Assembly: GCA_964106645.2 (NCBI GenBank)
Contig: OZ067046.1
DNA length: 64,000 nucleotides
Reading direction: 5' to 3' (one strand)
Source: Podarcis pityusensis
Taxonomy: Eukaryota
Every line of letters starts with the position of its first letter. The first letter of the stretch is position 1. Below are positions 52,518-64,000 of this stretch, one piece after another. The notes below the pieces were generated by a model. It did no database searches and was not told where the DNA came from. It saw nothing but the letters and a program-made list of their open reading frames with translations. The translations under genes were made by a program, and so were the position numbers.

Positions 52518-54082
52518 TGCTGAGGGAGATCAGACAATGTTGACAATGAGCATTCATTCTGATCTGTTTGAGGGGAAGTTAGAAGATGAAGATATTAACC
52601 CATGCTGTCTTTCCCGTTCCCCTTCCACCCTATCTAATCACAAAAAGTCTTCATTGGGGGGAGGGCAAGTTTATTTTGCAAACCCTCCCAATCAACTATA
52701 ATTGTGCAACCTGAATTTGCTGGCATGTGATTGAATCTCACCTGAAAATAGCTGGTCTGGAAGCGCTCTCAAACTCTGGGGTCTGTGAGATGTCACAATT
52801 TATACAATCACTTCAACAGTTGATGCCAACCTAGGATTAGTCATGTGTGAATCCCCCTCTATCAAATTCAGAATTAGCCCAGTGTTTACAAGCTTTCTTG
52901 GAGAACTTTCAGAAAAAAGCTTGTCCAGAACCACTTGCCAAGCTTGGACTTGAAGGTACATTGATTCTGATGGTACTCTGCATGTGACCAGAGGTGTAGC
53001 AAGGTCAGCTGGTACCCAGTGCGATTTTTTTTTGTCACCCCTCCCCCAGGCATGAGATGCCCCTGCATGTGACCATTGACATATTCCTTCCTGGGAATTG
53101 TAGTTTGGTTTTGCCTGTCCTTATATCAACTACTCAGCGCTTGCCATGGAGGAAAAAGGGGTATTTTTGAACCGCCCATGCCAGTACTTTTGCTCCACAA
53201 TTGTTCGAATCAACAGAAGGACTTCTGCTAGTTATGGACATTAAAAAAGCATAACCTTCCCTAGTGCTCTGATTTAGTTTCATGTCAGTATTACTAGAAT
53301 GTGAGGTTTTTCTTCATTTCAGAAAGCAGATCCCCAAACACCTACAACTCTTTCCATGCATTATCCACACAAAGGGGTCTCCATCCATGTATAGAAAGGG
53401 CAACATCGCTGGCCCTTTTCCTGATATTCTCATGTGGTGAGACCTGGCATTTAAAGCACTAGGAAATCAATTTGAAAGTGGAAGTTACTGTAGATACCAA
53501 ACTTCAGCAGAAAGGGAAGCATTGATTGATTGGCATTTATTGCCCTTCATTCACCATGTGGTTGCAAGACACATTACTGTATATGATGCATGTTGGCATC
53601 CGTTTGTCTCAAGAGACGATAGAGTGTGCCTCTGGGGTTGAAGTCACATTGCTGCGCCAGCAGCACCAAAGTGACCTCCCTGGGGCGCACGCCCAGGCAG
53701 TGTGTACGGAGGTCTTGGGCTGCCCAGACAACAAGATCCCCGTCTCGGCCTCGCTGATGTGGACCAAAAGAAAGCAGAGCAAGACATTTGGAACTAGCTT
53801 GGCTGAAGGAGTTGCTGGCATATAAGGCACTATCCAACAATCTCTGGCACTCCGCTCTGAATTTGTGTAGGGTTTACTCCTTAGCCTTTTCTTCTCCCAA
53901 AGATATCCCGCAAGGCAGTAGAGGTTTAGGATCAAAGTTTGCTTTCTAGATGGGCTACCTTCCCAGGTTGTCAAGCCCCATCTGCCCATCACTTCCCTCT
54001 ACAGCCGATACAGAAACCACCTTCTTGGACCGTTGGTCTCATTTGCTCAATCTGCTGGAGCCTGTCTTTACATGCATGTGAT

Positions 54083-54332
54083 TTGTTGTTGTTTAGTCGT
54101 TTAGTCGTGTCTGACTCTTCGTGACCCCCTGGACCAGAGCACGCCAGACACTCCTGTCTTCCCCTGCCTCCCGCAGTTTCGTCAAACTCATGCTGGTAGC
54201 TTCAAGAACACTATCCAACCATCTCATCCTCTGTTGTCCCCTTCTCCTTGTGCCCTCCATCTTTCCCAGCATCAGGGTCTTTTCCAGGGAGTCTTCTCTT
54301 CTCATGAGGTGGCCAAAGTACTGGAGCCTCAG
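54083..54332 (-). mobile_element. BovB (RTE) LINE 3' fragment
   Basis: LQYFGHLMRREDSLEKTLMLGKMEG.RRRGQQRMRWLD... BovB C-terminus with (CAA)n tail; another such tail begins at about 63972. Confidence 0.9.
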
Positions 54333-54381
54333 ATATATATATATATACACAAATTAATATATATATATACACAAATTAAAT

Positions 54382-55946
54382 CATGGGTAGGCAAACTAAG
54401 GCCCGGGGGGTGGATCTGGCCCAATCACCTTCTAAATCTGGCCCCCGAAAGTGCAAGGTGTTCTGAGATAACTCCTCTTCCCCCTCAATCTTCTCACTGT
54501 TCCCACACCCCCAGGGGGAAGGTGAACAGACAGGAACAGCAAGGAGTTGGACGGAAGAGCCAGGAGCCTCTGGAGGTTGGCAGCGGGTCTCCTGCCAAGG
54601 CGTGGGCCTTGGCAGGTGCCCGATAATGCCAGTCCCTGATCCAAACTCTGATGATAATCATGTTAACATAATATGTACTCAGTACATTATAAGTGCTCAA
54701 TGAGCTTCAGGTGCATTCATGGGTTGTCTCAGAACAGCTTACCCCAAATCTGTAAAGTAGATCAGTTTTGCTACCCCCATGTTTCACATGTGGGACTGAA
54801 ACAGACAGATGGTGGGTTCATACCCCTCAACTGTCCCGGGAAAACTGGGACATTCTTTTTTTTCACATGAGAGCATGGTGGCCATTTTGGTTTCCACAAT
54901 CTCGTCTCAAAAAAGGTGCTTCTTTCAGAGAAGCACTCTTGCACAGGTCACATGACTCATGTGGGAGCATGGTCCTGTAAGATGGCATCCTGATTTTTCA
55001 CCTCGGCGTGTTGGAGGGTGTGGTGGGTTTCCAGAGGGCTGTTGGGATACTGCCAGGGAGACAAAGTCCATCATGGCCCCATGTCGCCTCCGGTGCGTCC
55101 ATCGATCTCCCGTAGACACGCAGTATCAGCAATTAGCGACACGAGCTCCAGAAAATAGTTTGCCATATTCCAGGGCTGGTGCACGCTCTTATCAGCAGAT
55201 AATGCACAGCGTAAGATGCACGCAGGAGAGCATATTTACAAGTTTATTCAGCATTGGTCAGAACAAAGAAAAAAACATGACCGCCTGCTTCAGCGTTCAG
55301 GCACCAAGAAAAAAACGAAAGCAATAGGAAACATAAACATCCTGTGAACAGGAAATGCGCAGACTCTGTGACTCACAAAGCCTGCTCCCTTTTAAGGTGG
55401 AACGGAAATATCCTAACAAGGGCATGTTGCTTCTTCCAGAATTTTAGTAGAACAGGAAGCTGTCTTATGTTGAGTCAGGTCATTGGTCCATCTGCCTCTG
55501 TATTTTATGCTGCTTTTATAATTAAGCGTTTTAAAGTGTTTTAAATTTGTTGTTAGCAGCCCTGAGCCCGGTTTTTGAACCGGGAAGGGCGGGGTATAAA
55601 TAAAAAATTATTATTATATTTGCACTAACTGCCAGCAGCCCCTCTGCATGATTGCAGAAGGAAGTTCTTGCCACCCCTACCTGAAGATGCCAAGGATTGA
55701 ACGCAGGATTTTATGCATTCAAAGCAGATGTTCTGCCACTGAGCTATGGCTCTCTTGCAAGGATCCTTGTTCCAACATGATCCTTGATTTCCCCCCTTTG
55801 CTGACCCTCTAAGTGTAATGGGTTATTTGTGGGGCATTGGAATTCGTTCTTCTTCTTCTTTATTTTTTTCAAAATATAGTCCAGCCCCCCACAAGGTCTG
55901 AGGGACAGTGGACTGGCCCCCTGCTGAAAATGTTTGCTGACCTCTG
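54382..55946 (-). mobile_element. hAT MITE whose two halves (55820-55946 and 54382-54445) enclose a copy of 60196-61415
   Basis: Both MITE termini are present; the interior is the reverse complement of DNA flanking the intact MITE at 59936-60175. Confidence 0.7.
55040..55418 (-). mobile_element. Solo LTR
   Basis: tgttgggata...tatcctaaca ends, exact 5-bp TSD agggc; empty site visible in the paralogous segment near 60480. Confidence 0.85.
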
Positions 55947-56750
55947 CTAAATGGAGGCATATTCTGATCTCATTCTCCACCCACAAAAGTCTGTGCAAAA
56001 AGGCACATCTTGAGTTGGCGACTAAATGCCTACAGTGATGAGGCCGCCAGCACCGTGGAGAGGAGAGCATTCTACAGTGTGGGGGCCACCACAGTTACTC
56101 TGTGATGATTTTACCACCTCAAAAAATTAACGTACCTTGGAAACACTGAAGGAGGGTGTATCGCACTTGGAGAGTGAGAATGATCTCTATCACACTGAGG
56201 TGTGATTCAGCTAATTAGAATATATTCAAATGTGTGATTGACTCAGAGAAAGTTGCTACTTTGTTGAATCATAGATATTGCTCCTTAAAACAGGTTTGTG
56301 CCTTCCTTGGCGATTTTGAATCCAGAAACGGCCTCCCTATTTTGGACTATATGCACAACTAGAGAAGCAGAAGTGTTCCTCCTGTTGGGTGGCATTCTGG
56401 TGATGGTACCTACACCAGTGGTTGCTAAGCTGTGATGCTCCAGGTGTTTTGGAATCTTGCTCTCACCAACCTCAGAATGCTTGGCGGAAGCTGCTATTCA
56501 ACATCTGCAGAGCCACAGGTTCCTCATCGCTGCTCTAGAATATTCCCACATGACTTATGCAAATATGAGTTTCTTGTAGTAGAGCAAGCTATTGCTTAAT
56601 ATAAAAGCACTTGTTTACATGTAATTCCAAACCATTGCTTCAATATAACTGAATGTGATTTAAAGGACATACCCAAACCTTAGTTTGTTGTTACGTCCTA
56701 ACCGGCAAACTGTGGTTTTCCGGCAAATTGTTAGTAAGTGAATTGAAGCA

Positions 56751-57211
56751 NNNNNNNNNNNNNNNNNNNNNNNNNNNNNNNNNNNNNNNNNNNNNNNNNN
56801 NNNNNNNNNNNNNNNNNNNNNNNNNNNNNNNNNNNNNNNNNNNNNNNNNNNNNNNNNNNNNNNNNNNNNNNNNNNNNNNNNNNNNNNNNNNNNNNNNNNN
56901 NNNNNNNNNNNNNNNNNNNNNNNNNNNNNNNNNNNNNNNNNNNNNNNNNNNNNNNNNNNNNNNNNNNNNNNNNNNNNNNNNNNNNNNNNNNNNNNNNNNN
57001 NNNNNNNNNNNNNNNNNNNNNNNNNNNNNNNNNNNNNNNNNNNNNNNNNNNNNNNNNNNNNNNNNNNNNNNNNNNNNNNNNNNNNNNNNNNNNNNNNNNN
57101 NNNNNNNNNNNNNNNNNNNNNNNNNNNNNNNNNNNNNNNNNNNNNNNNNNNNNNNNNNNNNNNNNNNNNNNNNNNNNNNNNNNNNNNNNNNNNNNNNNNN
57201 NNNNNNNNNNN
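56751..57211. other. Assembly gap (461 N)
   Basis: Run of N. Confidence 1.
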
Positions 57212-57219
57212 GCCAAAAA

Positions 57220-57680
57220 AACATTTAAAAGTACGTAGAATGTTGATCAGCCAAAGGCCTAAGAGAAGTGGAACATTCTTGCCTGGTGCCTAAAGGTGTA
57301 TGATGAAGGTGCCAAGTGAGCCTCCCTGGGGAGAGCATTCCACAAACAGGGAGCCACTGCAGAAAAGGCCCTGTTTTTGTGCTGCCACCCTCTTGTGGAG
57401 GAGGCGCATGAAAAAAGGCCTCAGAGGATGATCTCAGGGTCCAGATTGGTTCATATGGGAAGAGATGGCTTTTGAGGTAGTCCTGAGCCATTTAAGGCTC
57501 TATAGGTCAAAACCAGCACTTTGAACTGGGCCCTGAAGCTAATTGGCAGCCAGTGTAGTCAGGTCAGAGTTGGTGTAAGATGCTCAAACTGTCTTGCCCC
57601 AGTAAGCAATCTGGCTGCCAAATTTTGCACTGGCTGAAGTTTCCGAACTGTTTTCAGAGGTCACATTGCAGTAATCTATG
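57220..57680 (-). mobile_element. L2-like LINE 3' portion
   Basis: Reverse-complement similarity to 39700-40080 (YLK..L.PYEP..TLRSSSE). Confidence 0.75.
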
Positions 57681-57923
57681 AACCCATGTGGAGGACCACA
57701 GGTTATCTATCCCTCATCTATGTCATAGCAATCTTAATATGCTTATGTCCAACTGGGACCTGGTTACTGGGACAGGTTACTGGGACAGGTCAGGTCCGGC
57801 ACCAGTATTTGGCATTCTGGGGCATTAGCTGTTTCCTTTGCCCTGGAAAGGGTCTCCTGGGCTCACCCCTTGCCTAGTCCATCAGGCCAGTTCACACAAT
57901 AATTTAAAAAGATAAATCACACA

Positions 57924-58765
57924 TTTCCAACTCGTTGCAAAGACGATAAGGTCCCAAACAAAGCAGAATGGCAGACCAAGTTGTTGGACTATGCAGAGAT
58001 GGCAGAAATGATCGCGAAAATCAGAAACCAGGAGGATCAAAACTTCAACAAATAACGGAGGAAATTTATACTAGAGAGACCACTGTAAACATCTGAACTC
58101 TTTAGTAGGTCTTAAATAACTCTTGTAATGTTACATAGACTTCGGATACAATGAAGAACCAGAAAATTAGAGTGATATGCAGCTGAAAAGGCACGAGTGG
58201 TGCATGCTCTAGTTATCTCCTGCTTGGACCACTGCAATGTGCTCTTTGTGGGGCTACCTTTGAAGGTGACCCAGAAACTACAACTACTATAGTCTAAGCT
58301 AGACTGGTGACTGGGAGTGGCCACCGAGACCATATAACACCAGTCCTGAAAGACCTGCATTGGCTCCCAGTATGTTTCCAAGCACAATTCAAAGTGTTGG
58401 TGCTGACCTTTAAAGCCCTAAATGGCCTCGGCCCAGTATACCTGAAGGAGCACCTCCACCCCCATCATTTGGCCTAGACACTGAGGTCCAGCACCGAGGG
58501 CCTTCTGACGGTTCCCTCACTGCGAGAAGCAAAGCTACAGGGAACCAGGCAGAGGGCCTTCTCGGTAGTGGCACCCGCCCTGTGGAATGCCCTCCCATCA
58601 GATGTCAAAGAGACAAACAACTACCTGACATTTAGAAGACATCTGAAGGCAGCCCTGTTTAGGGAAGTTTTTAATGTGTGACATTTTAATGTATTTTAAT
58701 CTTTGTTGGAAGCCACCCAGAGTGGCTGGGGAAACCCAGCCATATGGGCGGGGTACAAATAATAA

Positions 58766-58800
<35 letters not shown>

Positions 58801-58919
58801 AGAACCCATGGGGGGGAGGGAAGTCTAGAGATCTGGGAGAATCTTCTGTAACTTGTATTATTTGTGATTTTGAATTTGTAAAATCAAATAAAAACTACTT
58901 AAAAAACCAAAAATAAAAT
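57924..58919 (+). mobile_element. Truncated L1-like element with a nested L2-like insertion (58191-58798)
   Basis: 13-bp TSD gataaatcacaca at 57911-57923 and 58920-58932; AATAAA plus A-rich tail; the inner element ends in (TTA)n. Confidence 0.75.
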
Positions 58920-59935
58920 GATAAATCACACAAGGCAATTACATAACAAAGTCAAACCAAGTGAAACCAAGTTCAACTCTTACGGGGACCCCAGAAAGTA
59001 TTTTCTGTTGTTTTTGTTGCTGCTCCCAATCCTCTTTCAAATGCCGTAATCTTAAAGAAGAAGAAGAAAACAATGAAGAAAGCTAGATAGCATGCATTAT
59101 TAACTCAAGGTATCTCTCCCTATGTTACCCAAGATCTTAGCGCAATGCCTAAATGTAGTCCACGGCAGAGGGCTCACATGACATCCATTGCAAACAACCC
59201 AGGGTTTCTACGACACAATCATCGGTGGAGATCAAATGGCCAACAAACATTGCATAATTTACCAAGGGGATCAAAGGAAGCAATTACTTGAGGGACCGAA
59301 CTAACAGCAGTGGAGGGGGAGATAAAAATATCTCTGAATGGATGCCAAAGGCCTGAAACCGTAGTGGAGATTGGCAAAGGGTGCTTAAGATACATAGAAA
59401 GAAGCCTAGACAACGGGATGTCCCAGCAGAGATGTTGCTGGCTCCCTGGCATAAAGGGTGTTTTGGGGGAGAAATTTGGTTCAGTTCATATTGAAAGAGG
59501 AACCCACTTAATTCATGCTTCCTGAAACAATGCACGCGCAGAAACAGCCGTCCTTCGGAATTTGCACTTCTCCGAATTTGGAATGCTGTTCTCCAGTCAA
59601 ATAACGTGTATGGAAAATGCAAATGCCACAGTTATATTGTGCTTACAAGAGCATAGCACACAACAAATGCGTTATATTAGAGGGGATCGCTTTGCAAAGT
59701 GTGGAAAAGGCAAAATTTCATATACATATGAGTATATTAGGAGAAATCACCACTAAAATGTTGATGAACTTTAAGAAGACTTAAAAAAATAATAATTTGC
59801 AAACTGGCATGGAGATGTGGAGAATGGGGAAAAAATGAGAGACAGCCAAACCTAAATGGACCAATGTGCCCGTCTCTTGTTAAGGATAGGGCTGGAGCAT
59901 ACATGTGAGTACAGAGACCTTCTGAGGTCCTTGAG

Positions 59936-60175
59936 CAGCGGCCAGCAAACTTTTTCAGCAGGGGGCTGGTCCACTGTCCCTCAGACCTTGTGGGGTGCTG
60001 GACTATATATTGGGAAAAGAATGAATTCCTATGCCCCACAAATAACCCAGAGATGCATTTTAAATAAAAGCACACATTCTATTCATGTAAAAACACACTG
60101 GTTCCCGGACCGTCCATGGGCCGGATTTAGAAGGTCCGGATTTAGGCCAGATCCAGATTAGTTTGCCTACCCATG
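59936..60175 (+). mobile_element. hAT-type MITE, intact
   Basis: Both termini present; 8-bp TSD tccttgag/tccctgag (7 of 8). Confidence 0.85.
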
Positions 60176-60264
60176 TCCCTGAGGTTGGACACATTGCATT
60201 ACACTTAGAGGGTCAGCAAAGGGGGGAAACCAAGGATCATGCTGGAACACTGATCCTTGCAAAA

Positions 60265-60455
60265 GGGCCATAGCTCAGTGGCAGAACATCTGCTTTGAAT
60301 GCAGAGGATCCTGCGTTCAATCCTTGGCATCTTCAGGCAGGGGTGGCAAGAACTTCCTTCTGCAATCATGCAGAGATGCTGCTGGCCGTTACTGCAAATA
60401 CAGAGGCAGATGGACCAATGACCTGACTCAACATAAGGCAGCTTCCTGTTCTCCT
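60265..60455 (+). mobile_element. tRNA-derived SINE (paralogue inverted at 55445-55750)
   Basis: gggccatagctcagtggcagaacat...gttcaatcc A/B boxes. Confidence 0.7.
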
Positions 60456-60558
60456 AAAATTCTGGAACAAGCAACATACCCTCTGGAAACCCACCACACC
60501 CTTCCACATGCCAAAGTGAAAAATCAGGATGCCATCTTTTCAGGGCTGTGCAAGAGCG

Positions 60559-60925
60559 TGTCACAGAGGATCGAAGTCCTGGCTGAGGACGTCAGGACCG
60601 GGGGTAAGATGGTGGGGTGGGAACAGGAATGAGAGTCCAGAAGCCAGGGGTCCGAGGGTCAAGAAGCAAGGAGTCACGAAGCTGAGGTCCGAGGATCAGG
60701 AAGCAAGAAGCCAAATGCAGCAAGGCAGGAAACATGTTGCTGTGGCAAAGAGCCAAAGAGAAATGCTGACCTTATATCCCTTCCTGGCTCTTGTCACCAG
60801 GTGCTGTGAGTTACCAAGCGGCCTCTCCTGTGCAGCCGCACCTTGCCTCTCCAGAACTTAGGAAGGCCCCAGTCCTGCGAAGCTCTACTGGTCACAGGGC
60901 TTGGCTCCTGCACGCACTCCTGACA
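60559..60925 (-). mobile_element. Solo LTR
   Basis: tgtca...tgaca ends, TSD gagcg/gagca; empty site in the paralogous segment near 54935. Confidence 0.8.
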
Positions 60926-61560
60926 GAGCACATCTCTGAAAAAAGCACCTCTTTTGAGACGTGATTGCGGAAACCAAAATGGCCACCATGCTCTCATGTG
61001 AAAAAACAGAATGCCCCGGTTTTCCAGGGACAGTTGAGGGGTATGAACCCACCACCTGTCTGTTTCAGTCCCACACATGAAACATGGGGGTAGCAAAACT
61101 GTTCGACTTTACAGATTTGTGGTAAGCTGTTCTGAGACAACCCATGAATGCACCTGAAGCTCATTGAGCACTTATAATGTACTGAGTACATGCTATGTTA
61201 TCATGATTATCATCAGGGTTTGGATCAGGGACTGGCATTATCGGGCACCTGCCAAGGCCCACGCCTTGGCAGGAGACCCGCTGCCAACCTCCAGAGGCTC
61301 CTGGCTCTTCCGTCCAACTCCTTGCTGATCCTGTCTGTTCACCTTCCCTCTGGGGGTGTGGGAACAGTGAGAAGATTGGGGGGAAGAGGAACTACCTCAG
61401 GACACCTTTTGGGGGAAATAGTGTGGGTTAGGCTCGGGGGGTGAGGAGCAAAGGCAGCCACACTGGCAAGGCTAAGAAGCATTGGGCGCACCAGGTGCTG
61501 AAAGTAGCCCCCTTTTTCCTTCTCCCCTTCCCTTTTACAAGCACCATGAAAACATAATCC

Positions 61561-61920
61561 TGTTGCGATGGCTTGGCTGATTCTGCCACGATTAACCTTT
61601 CGAATGTCCAGGGTTAAGCCAGTGAAATATACTCGGAGTTGAGAGTGGATTTCATGCTCTTTATTCAGCTCATAGTGGTGAGGAGGAATAGAAGTTCCCC
61701 CAGAATGTCTGCTTTATATACATTATTTACACTATGGGCCCCACGTGATTGGCTAATTCCGGGATTCACCTGTAGTCCAATCAGGTTGCGGATTCACTTC
61801 CACCTGGAGCTGGATTGGGTGGCTTCTGTGGACCAATCAGGCTGCTGCATTCTGGAGCCTATTGTTCTAGGACCAATCAGACTGCTGCATTTTGGATCCT
61901 ATTCAACTCAGTACATAACA
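61561..61920 (-). mobile_element. Probable solo LTR
   Basis: tgttg...taaca ends; minus-strand TATA and AATAAA; CCAAT repeats; shares the cagtacataaca end with 63266-63557; no TSD seen. Confidence 0.55.
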
Positions 61921-63079
61921 CCCACCAAGGGAGCCTGGAGGAAAAGCAGAACAATTGCTCAGGGAAAATCTGGCCTCTGTTTTGGGTGAAAAGGGCACAA
62001 ATGCATTTAGAGATGCTGTAAGAGTCAGTGCAGCCATGTTTGCGATGTGCAGATTGGCTGCAAATAGACAGAGCTTGTCTTCCTTCCTTCCTATGACTTG
62101 CCAGCCCCCAAGTCAAACTCCATTTCCATGTTATTTAGGGTCCTATTTTTAGGAAGCAAAAAACCCACCAGGAAGCCTGACAGCGCAGCAGCTTGTTTCA
62201 TTGGGTTGTGGCCCCCTGCGCTCTCAATATAGCTTCCCCACTCTTTCTTTAGCAATGTTTTGATGCGAACCCTTGAACCTCTGGTTAAATGCATCCCCTG
62301 CTGCTGTGGAAGTAGCAAAGCTATTTCACAGAGAACAGTTAGGAAAGCAGTCTAATTCCACCAAAACCCTGTCCAAACGTTTGCCTGCATCATTCTTTAG
62401 TCACATAGAGCTGTTTTGTAGTTCCTGGGCTTAAGCGACAAGCACACACATGCCTAAAGTAGCAGTTCCCCCATTGCTCCACCCATGCTAGCCAGTGGTG
62501 GCAGGTGCCCATTGGGACTGGTGGGGTGGAAGGAGGGGAGCCCAACAGCAGGTGGCGCTAGAGTTACTGACAGGCAGGAGCGGCTAATTCTGACTCCGCT
62601 GCCTCCTGAGTTTTACAAGGGGGAGCACAGAGGCTGAGGACAGGCAGGTGGGGCTGGCTGAGGGCAGACTGAAGTTGTTGGTGTTGGCAGAGTAGCTAAG
62701 TTGCAACTAGGAAGCCAAACTATGCACAATACTGACTCTTCTCTTTAAATTAAGACAATTTTTACATTATTTGAAAGGTTTTACTTGCAGGACATAAAGC
62801 TAAAGAAGAATATATGCAAAGTATTTACATTCACATGCTTATCCAAGCATGGGCTTAGTCTTTCTTAGTTGAAGATTACAGCTTCTTCCTTAAACATTCA
62901 AGCAAACTGTGAGTTTCTCTCTTTCCAGTACTTGAACTCAGCCTTCTGCACATGACCCAGCCATGCAGTTCCTTCTGAGAGGTTTCTGCTTTCTCCTTCC
63001 AGCTTTGGGAGAACATCAACTTCTGCACTTCTTTCTGTCACATACATTCACACAGAAACATGAGCCCTCCTCTCCTCTA

Positions 63080-63602
63080 CAGTGATACCTTGGGTTAAGA
63101 ACTTAATTCGTTCTGGAGGTCTGTTCTTAACCTGAAACGGTTCTTAACCTGAAGCACCACTTTAGCTAATGGGGCCTCCTGCTGCTGCCACACCGCCGGG
63201 GCACAATTTCTGTTCTCATCCTGAAGCAAAGTTCTTAACCCAAGGTAATATTTCTGGGTTAGCAGTGTTAAGTTGTGGGCGAACATATCAGACAACACAG
63301 CGATTCTTCCAAAGCAGCTCTTTATTTGTAAGCTGGAACAGAACTGACTGAGGAGCTCAGTCAGCCTGCTTATATAGAGCTCCAGAACAATTTAACTGTT
63401 GGCGTTTTCTAAAACTATCCAATCACTGAACGTCACTTTCGATCCTTCATTTGCATACAAACTATCCAATCACTGAACGTCACTTTCGATCCTTCATTTG
63501 CATAACTATCTACAGTATCCCCCTGCTGACCCAGGGTGAGAACTTCAGTACATAACAAGCAGAGTCTGTAACCTGAAGCGTATGTAACCCGAGGTACCAC
63601 TG
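63080..63602. mobile_element. Tc1/mariner MITE containing a solo LTR
   Basis: TA-flanked TIRs; matches 26064-26288 once 63266-63562 is removed. Confidence 0.85.
63266..63557 (-). mobile_element. Solo LTR with an internal 47-bp tandem duplication
   Basis: tgtta...taaca ends, exact TSD agcag at 63261-63265 and 63558-63562; duplicated unit at 63411-63504 containing CCAAT. Confidence 0.85.
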
Positions 63603-64000
63603 TACTGCGTTTAGAGAGAGAGAGTACTATCCAACACTATCTCTTCTTCAGCGATCATGGAGATGCAGCCATTAAAGTCAAGTCACTCACACACAAAACA
63701 AAATGCAGAATGTAATACGGTAACGTCCCATGTGACCAGAGTTAACCAATCACACAAAAGCCACTGGGGAACATTCCAGAATTAAACACACACAGTAAGG
63801 CATTTAAACACTCCCAATTTCAGTAAATTAAATCACGATACTGAACGTGCCACTTGCCTGAATGGACCAGCCTCTCCTGATACTACTCTTAGTTGGCCAG
63901 GGCTGGTTGCATGGGCCTTTTTTTTGCTGCCTGAGGCAATGGACAAGGGAACCTCTGTCTCAGTTCCATGTCGTTGTTGTTTAGTTGTCTTAGTTGTGTG

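Noticed and set aside
56691-57228. Long ORFs in the supplied track
   Set aside because: Artefacts of translating the N gap
54445-61415. Inverted duplication as a mis-assembly around the N gap
   Set aside because: The arms are clearly diverged and carry independent TSD-flanked insertions, although orientation across the gap still needs long-read confirmation
39000-64000. Exons of SLC4A4, the next gene expected from synteny
   Set aside because: No recognisable NBCe1 coding sequence found; a non-coding first exon cannot be excluded
1-64000. CRISPR arrays, rRNA, prokaryotic operons or defence systems
   Set aside because: The sequence is intron-containing vertebrate DNA with no repeat-spacer arrays or such genes; remaining short ORFs are antisense, repeat-derived or random

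Overview
Vertebrate genomic DNA, almost certainly a squamate and probably a lacertid lizard, judged from Sauria SINE, BovB, CR1, L2 and Squam-type SINEs. The window holds two tandem + strand genes in the conserved order MOB1B then DCK. MOB1B coding exons 2-6 span 6154-15700 (exon 1 is not visible) and are followed by an inferred ~5.3 kb 3'UTR. DCK is complete, with 7 coding exons at 25653-37050 (256 aa) and a CpG-island promoter. Between the genes is a very young Penelope-like (GIY-YIG) insertion forming a ~1.9 kb near-perfect palindrome, with a minimal hammerhead ribozyme motif in each arm. Downstream of DCK (39-64 kb) is TE-rich, apparently intergenic DNA. It contains a young CR1 family, several solo LTRs, nested insertions, a 461-nt assembly gap and a hAT MITE that appears to have captured ~1.2 kb of DNA flanking a nearby sister copy. 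Nearly all short ORFs in the supplied track are spurious. Exon boundaries were read by hand; repeat family names come from recognition, not a database search.
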